Below are positions 25,527 through 38,369 of a stretch of 64,000 bases of DNA, piece by piece (position 1 is the stretch's first letter; the number at the start of each line of letters is the position of its first letter). The position numbers and the translations under genes are program-made. The notes beneath the pieces are model-generated. The model was not told the origin of the DNA and searched no databases. It worked only from the letters and a program-made list of their open reading frames with translations. The DNA comes from Lytechinus pictus (taxonomy: Eukaryota), in NCBI RefSeq assembly GCF_037042905.1, contig NC_087252.1, positions 13,518,001-13,582,000 on the forward strand, written 5' to 3'.

Positions 25527-27333
25527 GAGTGTTCGCTCGGCGTGCGGCGGTATTTGTGGAGTACGTGCGGACCTGGGGGAAAGCGCTGAGCCGGCAGTCA
25601 CGGCGGGCTGAGTTCGTAGGTGGCGCTCTGTGCGTGGGTCGGCGGTTTTGGCGGGAAACGAGTGGGCGTTGGTATGCGGACGCGGTGTGTAGACGGCGGG
25701 TGAGTTGCGGCGGCGTGTGTGTGTCGGCGGCGTAGTAGATATATCAGTGATGGCGTTCTGTGCGTGTTGGTCGGCGGACTCGTCGGGTAGGCTTTGGCGG
25801 GAGTGAGTGGGTGGCCTGGTATATGGATGTGATGTTGGGTCGTCGGCGGAGGCTATAGCGAAGTGTGGGTGGCGGTGGTGTGTGCGTCGGCGAAGTCGCT
25901 GGTTGGTTAGGTGGACTGTTGTGCTGGGTAGGTTGGCTTGGTAGAGTGACGGTGAACGGCGGGTTGCTTGTGGAGTTGGTTGTGGATTGGTTGGTAGGAT
26001 TGGGTGCCAGATGCTGTTGATGTGGAGGCCAGGGTCTTGAGGTACAGTGTTGTGTTGGTGTATCTCGATAGCTTCCCTAACCCTTCTGGTATTCCAGTGA
26101 CGGCTGTTGGTGATTAGGTGGCTCTTGTCCCAGTCTATGCAGTGATTTTCTTGTTGTGCATGCTTGACGATTTCAGATCTGTCCCAGTCGCTGCGTCGGT
26201 GGTGGGTCTTGTGTTCCTTGAGTCTGGTGTCGAAGTCTCGGCCGGTTTCCCCGATGTAGACTTTGCCGCAGTCGCAGGGGATCTTGTAGACGCCTGGTTG
26301 CTTGTTGGATGGGTGCTTGTCCTTGTGAGAATGAAGGATGAAGTGTAGCTTGCGAGAGGATTGGTGTCTGACGAGGTTGTTGGCAGAGTGGAGGATACGT
26401 TGTAGTCGGTGTGAAGTCTTGCTGATGTAGGGAAGTACTATGGTGGCGATAGGCTTGGTTTTGGATGGGGTTTCGGTGATGTTGGTGCTGAGTTGGTAGC
26501 GGGAAGGTTGAGTGTTGATCCTTCTTCTGGGGTATTGGTTGATCGTGGTGAGTGCATGGGTGACGTGCTTGAGTTCCTGCTGAAGGTGTGCCTTGTCGCT
26601 GAGTTGGTGGGCTCGTCTGATGAGAGTGTCGGCGACTGATTGGTGGACGGATGGGTGGTGGTGCGAGCGGAAGTTGAGGTAGCGGTCGGTGTGGGTGGGT
26701 TTCTGGTACACTTGGTGAGACGGGAATCCAGATGGTGTCTTGGTGATGAGGACGTCTAGAAACGGAATTGAGTTGTCGCATTGGGTCTCCATGGTGAAAT
26801 AGATGATGGGGTGCTGGTGGTTGAGGTGGTTAAGAAACTGGTGAAGGTCTGGTGTGCTGTGCGGCCAGATGACAAAGGTGTCGTCGACGTAGCGGAGCCA
26901 GAGTGATGGAGGTTTGTCGGCAGTCTTGAGTGCTTGGTGCTCGAAATGTTCCATAAAGATGTTAGCGATGATTGGTGAGAGAGGTGATCCCATGGCTGCT
27001 CCTTGTAGTTTTTTATAGAAGTTGTTGCGCCATTTGAAGGAGTTGGAGTGAAGACAGGTGAGGAGGAGGTCGTGGATCTGGTCTGGTGTGAGATTGGTTC
27101 TGGATGTGAGGTCTGGGTCGGAGATGAGGCGTTGCTTGATGGTGTCGCATGCTCGGTCTACAGGTACGCTGGTGAAGAGAGAGAGACGACGTCAAAGCTG
27201 ATGAGTGTGTCGGAGGGCTGGATCTTGGTCTTGGAGATGACGTCAATGAAGTGCTTGGTTGTAGCAGGGTGACCCGCGGGTAGAGATGATAAGGCGGAGA
27301 GGAGTGTAAGGCTTGTGCATCTTGGGTTGTCCG
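25527..27333 (-). mobile_element. Penelope-like retroelement, 5'-truncated copy (RT + GIY-YIG endonuclease)
   Basis: ORF 25434-26993: MGSPLSPIIAN, WLRYVDDTF, IPFLDVLI, YQKPTHTDRYL, GVYKIPCDCGKVYIGETGR...RLKEH, REAIEI. Confidence 0.93.
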
Positions 27334-29520
27334 TTATCATGGACCAAGACGTATACGAGGACAAGATCGAAGACATTCTCCAAGACGAGAACACCTACTC
27401 CGGCCAACGAAAGGAAAATCAACCAACAACTACTGACCCTACACCGATCCGACGCACTACCCAAGGCACTCTACTTTCAACTCAGATCTTCTTCAGCCAA
27501 GTCACCTATTCTATTCGGACAACCCAAGATACACAAGCCTAACACCCCTCTCCGCCCTATCATCTCTACCCGCAGGCCACCCTGCTACAACACAGCACGC
27601 CATCTCGCCAACATCCTCCAGCCACTCGTAGGCCAAACCCAGCACCACGTCACCAACTCCAAGCACTTCATTGACGTCATCTCCAAGACCAAGATCCAGC
27701 CCTCCGACACACTCATCAGCTTTGACGTCGTCTCTCTCTTCACCAGCGTACCTGTAGACCAAGCATGCGACATCATCAAGCAACGCCTCATCTCCGACCC
27801 AGACCTCACATCCAGAACCAATCTCACACCAGACCAGATCCACGACCTCCTCCTCACCTGTCTTTACCCCAACTCCTTCAAATGGCGCAACAACTTCTAC
27901 AAAAAACTACATGTAAAGGAGCAGCCATGGGATCACCTCTCTCATCAATCATCGCTAACAGCTTATGGAACATTTCGAGCACCAAGCACTCAAGACTGCC
28001 GACAAACCTCCGTCACTCTGGCTCCGCTACGTCGACGACACCTTTGTCATCTGGCCGCACAGCACACCTGACCTTCACCAGTTCCTTAACCACCTCAACC
28101 ACCAGCATCCCCGGAATAAAGTTCACCATGGAGACACAATGCGACAACTCAATTCCTTTTCTAGACGTTCTCATCACCAAGACACCATCAGAATTCCCGT
28201 CTCACCAGGTGTACCGGAAACCCACCCACACCGACCGCTACCTCAACTTCCACTCGCACCACCACCCATCCGTCCACCAATCAGTCGCCGACACTCTCAT
28301 CAGACGAGCCCACCAACTCAGCGATAAGGCACACCTTCAGCAGGAACTCAAACACGTCACCCATGCACTCACCACGATCAACCAATACCCCAGGATAAGG
28401 ATCAACACTCAACCTTCCCGCCACCAACTCAGCACCAACAGCACCGAAACCCCATCCAAAACCAAGCCTATCGCCACCATAGTACTTCCCTACATCGGCA
28501 AGACTTCACACCGACTACAACGTATCCTCCACTCTGCCAACATTCTCGTCAGACACCAATCCTCTCGCAAGCTACACTCCATCCTTCACTCTTACAAGGA
28601 CAAGCACCCATCCAACAAGCAACCAGGCGTCTACAAGATCCCCTGCGACTGCGGCAAAGTCTACATCGGGGAAACCGGCCGAGACTTCGACATCAGACTC
28701 AGGGAACACAAGACCCACCACCGACGCAGCGACTGGGACAGATCTGCCATCGTCAAGCACGCACAACACGAAAATCACCGCATAGACTGGGACAAGAGCC
28801 ACCTAATCACCAACATCCGTCACTGGAATACCAGAAGGGTTAGGGAAGCTATCGAGATACACTAACACAACACTGTACCTCAAGACCCTGGCCTCCACAT
28901 CAACAGCATCTGGCACCCAATCCTACCAACCAATCCACAACCAACTCCACAAGCAACCCGCCGTTCACCGTCACTCTACCAAGCCAACCTACCCAGCACA
29001 ACAGTCCACCTAACCAACCAGCGACTTCGCCGACGCACACACCACCGCCATCCACACCTTGTTATAACCTCCGCCGATGAATCAACACAACATCCGTATA
29101 CCAGGCCACCCACTTACTCCCGCCAAAGCCTACCCGACGTGTCCGCCGAACAACACGCACAGAACGCCACCACTGGTCTATCTACTACGCCGCCGACACT
29201 CACACGCCGCCGCAACTCACCCCGCCGTCTACACATCGCGTCCGCATACCAACGCCCACTCGTTTCCCGCCAAAACCGCCGACCCACGCACAGAGCGCCA
29301 CCTACGAACTCGGCCCGCCGTGACCGCTGGCCAAGCGCTTTCCTCCACGTCCGCACGTACTCCACATATACCGCCGCACGCCGAGCGAACACTCACTCCT
29401 GAAGACGGACAGTCAACCTGCCCGGAACGTCGAGTCTCTCTACTGCTTCTACTCGCCGACTCAAGCCAGCATCTCCTCATTCATCCTACTACTCAAGTTG
29501 TTTTCAACTCATCAATCTCT
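27331..29520 (+). mobile_element. Penelope-like retroelement, 5'-truncated and frameshifted, inverted relative to the left copy
   Basis: FGQPKIHK, LRPIIS, SFDVVSLFTSVP, GAAMGSPLS, WLRYVDDTF and GIY-YIG motifs spread over frames; premature TAA at 28863-28865; 3' hammerhead motif. Confidence 0.93.
29395..29435 (+). ncRNA. Hammerhead ribozyme motif at the 3' end of the Penelope copy (degenerate)
   Basis: actc CTGAAGA c GGACAG tcaac CTGCCC GGAAC GTC gagt; stem I actc/gagt, one stem II mismatch, GAAAC changed to GGAAC. Confidence 0.65.
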
Positions 29521-29984
29521 TTTGGTTTAAAGTCCTTTTCAGGACTACATTCAAGAAAGATTACTCAAATTTCCAAATTACAAATTTCCACTTTCTCGCC
29601 TATCTATTTATTTTTCTTCTTCTATCCACTGTTTCTATAATACTCCACATGGTGTACCGTAAACCACATCAGCGATTGTACATGCCACCATGCAAACCTT
29701 CAAACACTATCATACTGGTTATGTTTTGTTTGACTATTAGGTGCCATACTTTTTGAGTAGGCCTAAAGGTTTTAAACTGATGGAAAATTATTTAAAAAGA
29801 TGGAAATAAAGGGTCAGGGTGGGTGCTCTTCAAAGCCTTTAGTGAGTATTAGAAGAGGAAAATTAATTTAAAAAAAAATTACCATTGTAAAAGGCATCCG
29901 CACAAATTAACTCTTATCATATATACTCTTACCTTTCAAGGCTTGGTATTAACCGATCAAAATATTTTTTCAGCTTAGGGTATT

Positions 29985-30935
29985 TCAGTGTGTCACATTA
30001 TGTTTACAGTGTTGTCTCAATGTTTGCAGTTCATTTACGGTGTATTTGAAATGTGTTTACGGCGTGTTCATTGTGTGTTTGATGTGCGTTCATTGTATTT
30101 ACGGTATTTTCATTGTGTTAACAGTGTGTTCATTGTGGACACAGCGTGTTTTTAGTGTGTTCATTATGTTTACAGTGTGTTCATTGTGTTCACAGTGTGT
30201 TCATTGTGTTAAAAGTGTGCTCATTGTGTTTGCAGTGTGTTTATTGTGTTCACAGTGTGTTCATTGTGTTCACAGCGTGTTTTCAATGTGTTCATTGTGT
30301 TTACAGTGGTGTTCATTGTGTTCAGTGTGTTTGCAGTGTGTTAGTAGTGTGTTGATTGTCTTCACATTGTAATCATTGCGTTCACAGTGTATTAACAGGG
30401 TGTTCATTGTGTTTTCAGTGTGTTCATTGTGTACACAGTGTGTTCATTGTGTTCATTGTGCTCACAGTGTGTTCATTGTGTTCAGTGTGTTCATTATGTT
30501 CACAGTATGTTTGCAGTGTGTTGATTGTGTTCACAGTATGTTGATTGTGTTCACAGTGTATTTAAAGTGTGGTCATTGTGTTTACAGTGTATTCATTGTG
30601 TTCACTGTGTTTGCAGTGTGTTGTATTCACAGCGTATTTTCAATGTGTTGATTGTGTTCAGTGAGTTTGCAGAGTGTTGATTGTGTTCAGTGTGTTCATT
30701 GTGTTCACATTGTGTTCATTGTGATCACAGTGTGTTTAGTGTGTTCACAGTGTGTTCATTGTGTTCTCAGCGCGTTTTCAGTGTGTTCATTGTGTTCGCA
30801 GTGTGTTCATTGTGTTCACAGTGTGTTCATTGTGTTCACAATGTGTTCATTGTGTTCACAGTGTGTTCATTGTGTTCAAAGTGTGTTTGCAGTGTGTTCA
30901 TTGTGTTCACAGTGTGTTCATTATATTTGCAGTTT
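29985..30935. repeat. Minisatellite, ~20 bp unit (cagtgtgttcattgtgttca)
   Basis: Directly visible degenerate tandem array. Confidence 0.92.
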
Positions 30936-32639
30936 GTTCGCAGAATGGAAACTTGATCTGAACTAACCTTCAGTGTGATTGACATGTTAACATATTTATT
31001 CCGCACTGTGGACAAAATGTGTTACACTGCGTTCTTTCCAGCGGGGATATCATTTAGTGGTTGCCTGACTTGGTAAAAATTAATATTCCTGATCTCACAA
31101 GGAAGTCCTACCTGCACCTTCTCGTGGTGAAGAGTGTTAAGATATCATGATCCGTCACGTGACATCAGACATCTGATGAAATTTGTTAGAATAAATCAAG
31201 GGGACCATCTTAGCGTCTCAAAATGACGTTTCGCTGCTTCAAAAATATTTCTTGTGATTTCAAAATCGAAAGAGTAATTATGAAGCAAAATTTGTAAGGT
31301 TATTCCATTTCAAGTCTATCTCATAACGAAACGCACTTGTCCCAACTCAATATGAGTAACGTTGATGGCAACATGAATTCATGATATCAACCAACGTAGG
31401 AGGGCGCTTTATTTTCAGAGTAATTGATAAGAGAGACACACAGAGAGAGATAGTGAACAAAGAAATAGAAAACATATGAATATTATTGATCAGATCACAG
31501 TAGGGGGGGTCTATGATAAGCAGAACTGTCAATCTCAATGAGAAATATCCTATTTTTTAACTCTCTTTATCGTATTTTCAAACTGAAAATATTATTCGTA
31601 TGACACACTGCATATTCTTACTGAAATTAACATTAAAGGGCTTACTCAATTATATCTTCTCTCTTGTAAATTGTATTTCTTCAAATAGATTTTTTTTACA
31701 GTACAGAGTACATCAGGGTGTATGATACTGAGGGCGAATGTCTGTGTTGATATGAAATAAAGTAAAACATGTGTATCAAAGGATCATTCGTACAAGTTTA
31801 AAAATCCTATTTCAATTGGACATTTCCCTCAATGAATTATACAACTTAGGAGCTCTGGAAGGGTAATCTGTTAATATAAATTGGGAATGTAAGCTCATTT
31901 AAAGAAATATAAGCTTCCAGGGTTAAAAAAGGCATAAAGTTATTATACATAAAATAAAAAGTGGAAGGGCATTGGATCATTCATAAACTCTCTTGATTTT
32001 TTGAGAAATTGTCATGTCTAAAGCGTTTTCAAATGCCGTTCTGTATTTTCCTATAATTGTCAATAAGGGCATATAATTTTGGTACTACACTCGACAGTCT
32101 TGCATTTTTTTCTAAAATTAATTTTGAAGTAGAGTTATTAAGTCATTAACATCAACTGAAAGAAGGAAACAGGAATCAATTTCTTCATTCAACATTTTCA
32201 AATATATCTTTTAATAATCATCTTTAAGATAATAATACTTAAACCGAGAAAAAAAAACAATTTTAGAGCAAATTGCAGCTTACCATCAATGTAGTGATTC
32301 AAGCTACATGCAGCACCATATATACACGATACAAGGGTGTCACCAGACTATTTGAATGGATGGGTGAGCAAGGTGACCTTACTTCGACATCATTTTTGTT
32401 TCGTGAAAAAATATGGATATTATAATAGTTACATAGCCAAGCACTTTCTATTCAATCCTTTTTTTGTTATTTTGCAATTCTTTATATTTCAATCAACTTT
32501 TTTCCCATTTTAATTGATTTTTTATTCCAGTTACTTGAAAATCACAAGAGCGGTTGCCTTATACACTCCTCCCCCATCTGTGATAAGAATTCAGTTGAAA
32601 TACAGTAAGAATATTGAATTTGATAAATAATTCTTTTGA

Positions 32640-32950
32640 GTGGGCTAATCTAGATGAGAATGAACATAAATTATGCGAATAATTTTTGGTTCAACTTCGT
32701 GGGATATGTTTTAGCCCACACTACATTGTAATTAGATATATAAGGTAATATAAGAGTATTATACAGAGTTAAACGATTTTTTGGGGGCAAAAAGAAGTTG
32801 AGTTTGCGGATGATAAAACATTTGTGGAAATTTTGTTTGTGATATGGTATTTCCATGAAAGTTTTTCATTAATTATGACACCTACAAATTTTAAATGAGT
32901 TACACGTTTAATAATATGACTGTTCATTTTTATGTGTTTGTAGTCGAACA
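32640..32950 (-). mobile_element. CR1/L2-group LINE RT C-terminal fragment
   Basis: KFVGVIINEKLSWKYHI and, in another frame, IIRKLNFFLP...LTLYNTLILPYI...VVW. Confidence 0.75.
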
Positions 32951-33509
32951 AATATCGGCGGCTCGCATTACTTGCTCACATGTATTCGTTCAATACAATT
33001 GCTGCTTTTCAGTAGGTACATGTATATGCATCATATTAAGTGGGTTAAATCGTAAAGATATGGAAAATATCACTATTCATACTATCTTAATAATGGCATT
33101 ATTGTATTTATAGACTAATTAGCATCAGCGTGAGCTGAATTATGCAAAGCTTTTAAATATAACATCACACGAAAAATTAAATACAGCAATACTTTTCATA
33201 TGTTCAGAGAAAAAAAAAGTTTATTTCATTAGATGAAAAATAAAAAAATATTACAAAAGATTATGTATAAAGCATAAAAAAAATATAAAATCAATAATAC
33301 TTTACGGGGGCAATATGAATGCCCCTGAAAAGACAGTTTCAGCAGAATATTTCAAATAATTATAAATGATTATACTTAAATTCTTCTTCTACAAGGCAGC
33401 AAACATCGCCAAATTACAGGCCCTTCATTAAGTTATGTATATGGTAACCAATCAACAATCAACAACAATAACATGGTATGAACAAGCAAGAATACCTTGC
33501 ATGTGTTTT

Positions 33510-33722
33510 CCTTCAGCAAGAAATTTACCCACACTGTATTGCACTCAACCCAGGTAAGGTGAATGGATACCCGGTATTAAGAAATTCCTCGAATGCTTGA
33601 GCGCCTGCATGGCCGATTAGCTTCAGCCGAGGTAACAATAACTATGATACCAAGCGAGTAGAGTATATTAATAAAGTATTACTAAAGTAGCTGCGCTGTA
33701 TAAATGGCCCATATTATTATAT
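33510..33722 (+). mobile_element. SINE family B-like, headless fragment
   Basis: gcaag...cactcaacccaggt...aatggatacccggta...gcgctgtataaatg...tattattat resembles the 11618-11898 copy. Confidence 0.6.
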
Positions 33723-34712
33723 ACACAAGCCATGCAAGAGCATAGAAATGTAGGCACGTTTGATTATATTCAATCAATGATTATCATTGAGCGCTTAAAT
33801 GAATATGTGAATCTAATTTTGATCGAAAAATATTATACTGCAAACAACAGAGCATGAAATAAGAACATAATAATATGTATGAAAGCCACATACCGTAGAA
33901 ATGAATGAGTAAGTGATTAGCACAAGTCACAAAAGCTATATTTGGGGTTTTCTTAAGTGGGCTTACACGGTGGTTGCTCAAGATATATAGCAAAAATTGA
34001 TACATGATTGTCTACATTGATGTCAATCGCGCAAAGTGCACAAAGTCAAGCGATTTTTTAAATGTTTAGCCGTTTGTTCCCGTTAAATTCAAAAGCACAT
34101 CTTGGGAAGATAACATAAAGTTTGCATTGTGTTTAGTATAGGTAAAGTTTTGAAAGTTCGATAGAAGTTGGTTCCATACTAGAATTCCCGAAGTAAAATC
34201 ACTGTGTCTATGTATGTACATTCTCAACATATGTAAACCTAATGTGATCCTTCCATCATGCCTTGTACCACGATAATGTTGCGTGCTTACACAATGTACA
34301 TTATGTAGTTTTTCTAATTTATGTTGGTACAAACGTCATGTCTAAATCTGTACATCGTTATGCACATCAAAATTTGATAACGGTCTTAAAACATATTTAG
34401 CCCTAACTTGGATCATTAAGCAAATCTTTCAATTTGAAATTCAAAGATACAAGAAATTCTTCTCAACTTCATTCGTCTGTATGATACATAGTTCACACTG
34501 TCGTGAGATCATGAATTCGACACCACAAGTGAGCTTTCGTAACTTTTTAAACTGTTCAATTTCTATATTTCAACCATAGAGCTATAGCTCTATGTTTCAA
34601 CGATCAATACGATTGCCACGACTGATCTGATACGATCTGATACGATCATTACGATTACTTCACGATTAAGTACGCCGTTACTAGGATACTGGTAAGTGGT
34701 AAGAAACAGATA

Positions 34713-34901
34713 TAGTTAGTCATGACAGCTATCCCAACAGGATCCATTGCCCTCGCTCAGTAGAGGGCGCCATTAAAGAATGTAATATCGTGCAACCGGA
34801 TCGTTTCGTCCCGCGACGTCGCGACGTCTGTCCGGATCAATCATAATAATGGGTAAGTTCTTGAGCTGTCTTTGTGTTTAGAGGTGTGGTTATATCCTTG
34901 T
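34713..34901 (-). pseudogene. Decayed partial duplicate of the last EGF-YWTD exon
   Basis: Aligns with ~37427-37603; the LYW codon TGG is TGA at 34757-34759, and there are small indels. Confidence 0.85.
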
Positions 34902-35848
34902 TACTTACTATTTGTTGTTGTGTGTATAGATATTCAGGCTTATTTATTAGGCTGATTTTGTAGTTGTATGTCGCATTATAGACCTATGTATATATGTAAA
35001 TATGGAGGGGAAAAAGAGTAAAAAAAGAAACGCATTTATATCTGGAGATTCTATTGGGAATTTCATGTAGATACCATTTCTTTCCTCTTCTGTTATATAT
35101 TTTTTACTCGGGTTTTTAATAAACCGAAGATATGGAGAAGGAGCGCTTAAAAATGCTTTCGAAAGACACATTATCAAAACCAATTAACTAACACCCACAT
35201 CCATGAAAGGAAAACACAAGCACGAGCACTAACTGTTAAATCTAACAAACGATGTTTATTAAACAAAATACTCAAAAGATTTCAATACTCCACAACGCCT
35301 TTTCTCGGTGAATCTATATCTCACACACAGTGCAATTAATAGCAAAATCGAATGACAAGAGCTGTCCAGGGGAGGGTGGAATCCATCTGGCTTTGCCTGG
35401 CCGAAATCATCGGATATCGATGGATAGCGCCACCTATCCACTTTTGATATATTCCTATTATTTTGTGCAATAAAAGATAGTCTCTTTTATTGCACTATAC
35501 AGTCTGGTTTTCTATCCCCTTTCCTTTCGAGGCCTCCATCACTTTCAAGCTCCAAGCTTAAGATGGAGGTCTCCCACATTTCTATATATATATGTTCAGT
35601 AATTAAAGAAAATGTATATATATAGATATAATTTCACAGTACAGTTGATATTTTATAATGATTTATGTGCATTATTCATTATGTTTAAAAAAATATTTGC
35701 CTATTATGTAATATTGAACAAAATATTATACTTGTATATTCTTTGTTTTTGTTTTGAAATGTGGAAATAAAATAAATCAAATCAAAATCAAATCAAACCA
35801 ATTGTAGAAAGATCACGGTAATCATGATAATCACTGCAAAACATGCGT

Positions 35849-36287
35849 GGCGTGTAACAACCGATAAAGTCGCAGCAACGCATAATGTCGCAGGGTGCAA
35901 CTTTATGCGATATGATCGTCCAACGTATAATGTCGCACTTTGCATTCATACATTCATTCTTCAGTTTGCGTAGCTCTTATGATATGTGTTTTTTTATTAT
36001 TCGCTTTAGCTGCATATTATTGAAATCTTATCTTTGCATGATTTCGGATTATGTCACTGTTCCGATACAATTTGCCTGCTATGTCTATTACAGTGTAATT
36101 TGATTTGTGTTTTTTACATCTGCAATTATTATCATTTTGTTTCATATTTCCTTAATCATGTATGTATGAATGTTATTTGAATGAATAATAAAGACTACTA
36201 CAAAACAAAACACTGCGACAATATGCTTTGGTGTGACATCATGTGTTCACTATGCGTTGCTGGGACATTGTCGGTTGTAACAGAGCC
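35849..36287. mobile_element. MITE
   Basis: tgtaacaaccgataaagtcgcagcaacgcata / tatgcgttgctgggacattgtcggttgtaaca inverted termini. Confidence 0.65.
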
Positions 36288-36297
36288 TAGGCTTAAC

Positions 36298-36621
36298 TTG
36301 TCATAATAGCCCAAAGTAAACTTCAATGACTACCAATAACCAACATTTTGACAAGGCTCAGTGGACATTATGAATGACTATTTCGCCATTAGGTGGCCAT
36401 AAACAAGTCTGCTTTGCAGCTCTTGACTGTTTGTAAAGATTATACGCTGATTAATAACGCGGAATAGGATCTGATGCGAATAGATTACACTCAAGAGCTG
36501 CAAAGCAGCGAATCACAGAGCGCAGCGAGGAAGACAGTAGTCTCAGTCGCCGCCCGTTGAGCTTGTCAGAAGGTTGGTTATTAGTAGGGATTAAAAGCGA
36601 CTTTGGGCTAATAGGACATTG
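36298..36621. mobile_element. MITE
   Basis: tagcccaaagt...taaccaac...tgacaag / cttgtca...gttggtta...actttgggcta; inner gctttgcagctcttga / tcaagagctgcaaagc. Confidence 0.6.
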
Positions 36622-36941
36622 TACGTTGTCAATGAAAATGATTAGTCTAAATGAAGCCTCTCAACAAGAAATGGGTCAAGTTCCAGCTCTCTAGCTTTTG
36701 ATCGCGCGCGACAGTGAGGGCAGTGTAATCCTCTTTGAAGGCGCTTTACAAAAATTATAAAGTACCCACGAATTCCCAGCCGATCGGGTGTCATTTTCTA
36801 ATGCCTTAATTGTTCCCACTTTCGCCGTTCGCCCCACGACTGAAACGGAAATATTAATCGTGTTATAATCGCAGTGATCGTGTCACATCGTATCAGATTA
36901 GTCGTGGCAATCGATCGTACTGATCGCAGAAAACATATGAA

Positions 36942-37184
36942 TGGGTGATTTCAAGTCCGGTGTTGTCATTGGTGTTAGTGTTGGTGTTGAAATTTGGATT
37001 GCTTCCCCTAGCTCCAAAACTTATTCAGAGTTTGTAAAACTGATCCAGACCACATTATTGACATCTCAACAACTAGTGAGTGACTTTTTAGGAAGCATCT
37101 TCATTCTATGTTTGGTGTTATAATCGTGTAAAAATTGACCTAACATCAACACCAAAATGTCAACACCGGACTTGAAATCACCCA
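36942..37184. mobile_element. MITE nested in an older element (~36812-37260)
   Basis: tgggtgatttcaagtccggtgttg / caacaccggacttgaaatcaccca perfect 24-bp TIR; outer ends gttcccac / gtgggaac. Confidence 0.75.
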
Positions 37185-37295
37185 ATGTTTCAAACATTAT
37201 CGCGATTAGTTACTGCAGGTAAATCGTGATGTTCGTAACGGATCACACGAGCGTGGGAACACGTTGGTATTAGTAATGCTTATATCATTTTCGTT

Positions 37296-37654
37296 TTAAT
37301 TCATGCAAGATAAAAGAGCAATGTACATAGAAGTGCCATGGTCAAGGGCCGTGCCGGGAATCGAAGCCCGGACTGTCACTGTTTGATTAGTATCGATGAC
37401 ACGGAATGATCGGTTGTTTTGATCGTAGTTAGTCATGATAGCAATCCATACAGGATTAATATTCCTAGCCCAGTAGAGTGTGCCATTAAAGAATGCAATA
37501 TCGTGCCATCGGATCATTTCGTCCCAACGTCTGTCTGGATCGATCATATAATGGGTAAGTCCTTGAGCTGTCTTTGTGTTTAGAGGTGTGGTGATATCCT
37601 TGTAGAAAGACCGTCCCGTTCTGTAATCACTGAAAATCATGCGTGGCGGAGATC
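37296..37654 (-). CDS. EGF-YWTD gene, probable last coding exon
   Basis: Acceptor tattcag|GA, phase 1; SPPRMIFSDY...HDIAFFNGTLYWARN...; stop TAA at 37296-37298. Confidence 0.8.
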
Positions 37655-37787
37655 CTGAATAAAACAATGAGGATATATATTATCTCAAAGCATGATAATG
37701 ATTCTATTCCACACTTGTATAGCCTTATGATCAGGGTCCCGTCTCGCAAATACTTATGATTGATCTGATCAACCTATTTACCTATTT

Positions 37788-37945
37788 AGGTCGGGAGTTC
37801 AAACCCCGGCCGCGTCAGGCCAAAAGACGTAAAAAGATGGGAGTTGCTGCTACCCTGTTTGGTCTTCACCATTAAAGGTATGGGGCCTCGTAGGTCTGGC
37901 GCTGTACAGTGGCTGTCAGGCCCATGGTTACTTGGGAATGCAAAT
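37788..37945 (+). mobile_element. tRNA-derived SINE, family A, 5'-truncated
   Basis: Starts at the B box (ggagttcaaacccc) and matches the other two copies. Confidence 0.75.
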
Positions 37946-38244
37946 TACGTCGATGCTATTCGTAATGAAGAGTCCAGCAACGAAAGCGCTCAACAGCGCC
38001 CTCTAAAATCCCAGGAGTGTATAGATTTATGATTTCTTAAATAGAGTCTTATTTGACGAGTTCCCTTGTCCTGCATCAAACCAATAATTATATGACGCAT
38101 ATCTATGCTACCGAGTTGATTATGGGAATCTATTTCCTGTATGCCTATCATGCCTCTGCATTATTATATTGCTCAATAGATATCCATTGCACTTTTTACT
38201 GTTTTATGAGCTACATTTTTTTTTCCTTAACGTGCAATACTTAC

Positions 38245-38369
38245 GACTATGATCAAGGCTTAATCCTGTGACTGATGTGATATTAGGATTTTGATACACA
38301 ATCGTTACACCAATTCCAGAAAGAGGTGAGCGTTGTATGACGCCATTTCTCATTGACCAATATATGAAT
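38245..38369 (-). CDS. EGF-YWTD gene exon: propeller blade (not in ORF track)
   Basis: Acceptor ttatgcag|A, donor C|gtaagt, 125 bp, phase 2/1 bridging both neighbours; FIYWSMRNGVIQRSPLSGIGVTIVYQNPNITSVTGLSLDHS. Confidence 0.85.

Noticed and set aside
25514..29640. Many overlapping antisense and alternate-frame ORFs
   Set aside because: Shadows of the C-rich Penelope coding sequence
29985..30966. Cys-rich ORFs or CRISPR-like array
   Set aside because: 20-bp minisatellite open in all frames; no unique spacers, no cas genes, eukaryotic context
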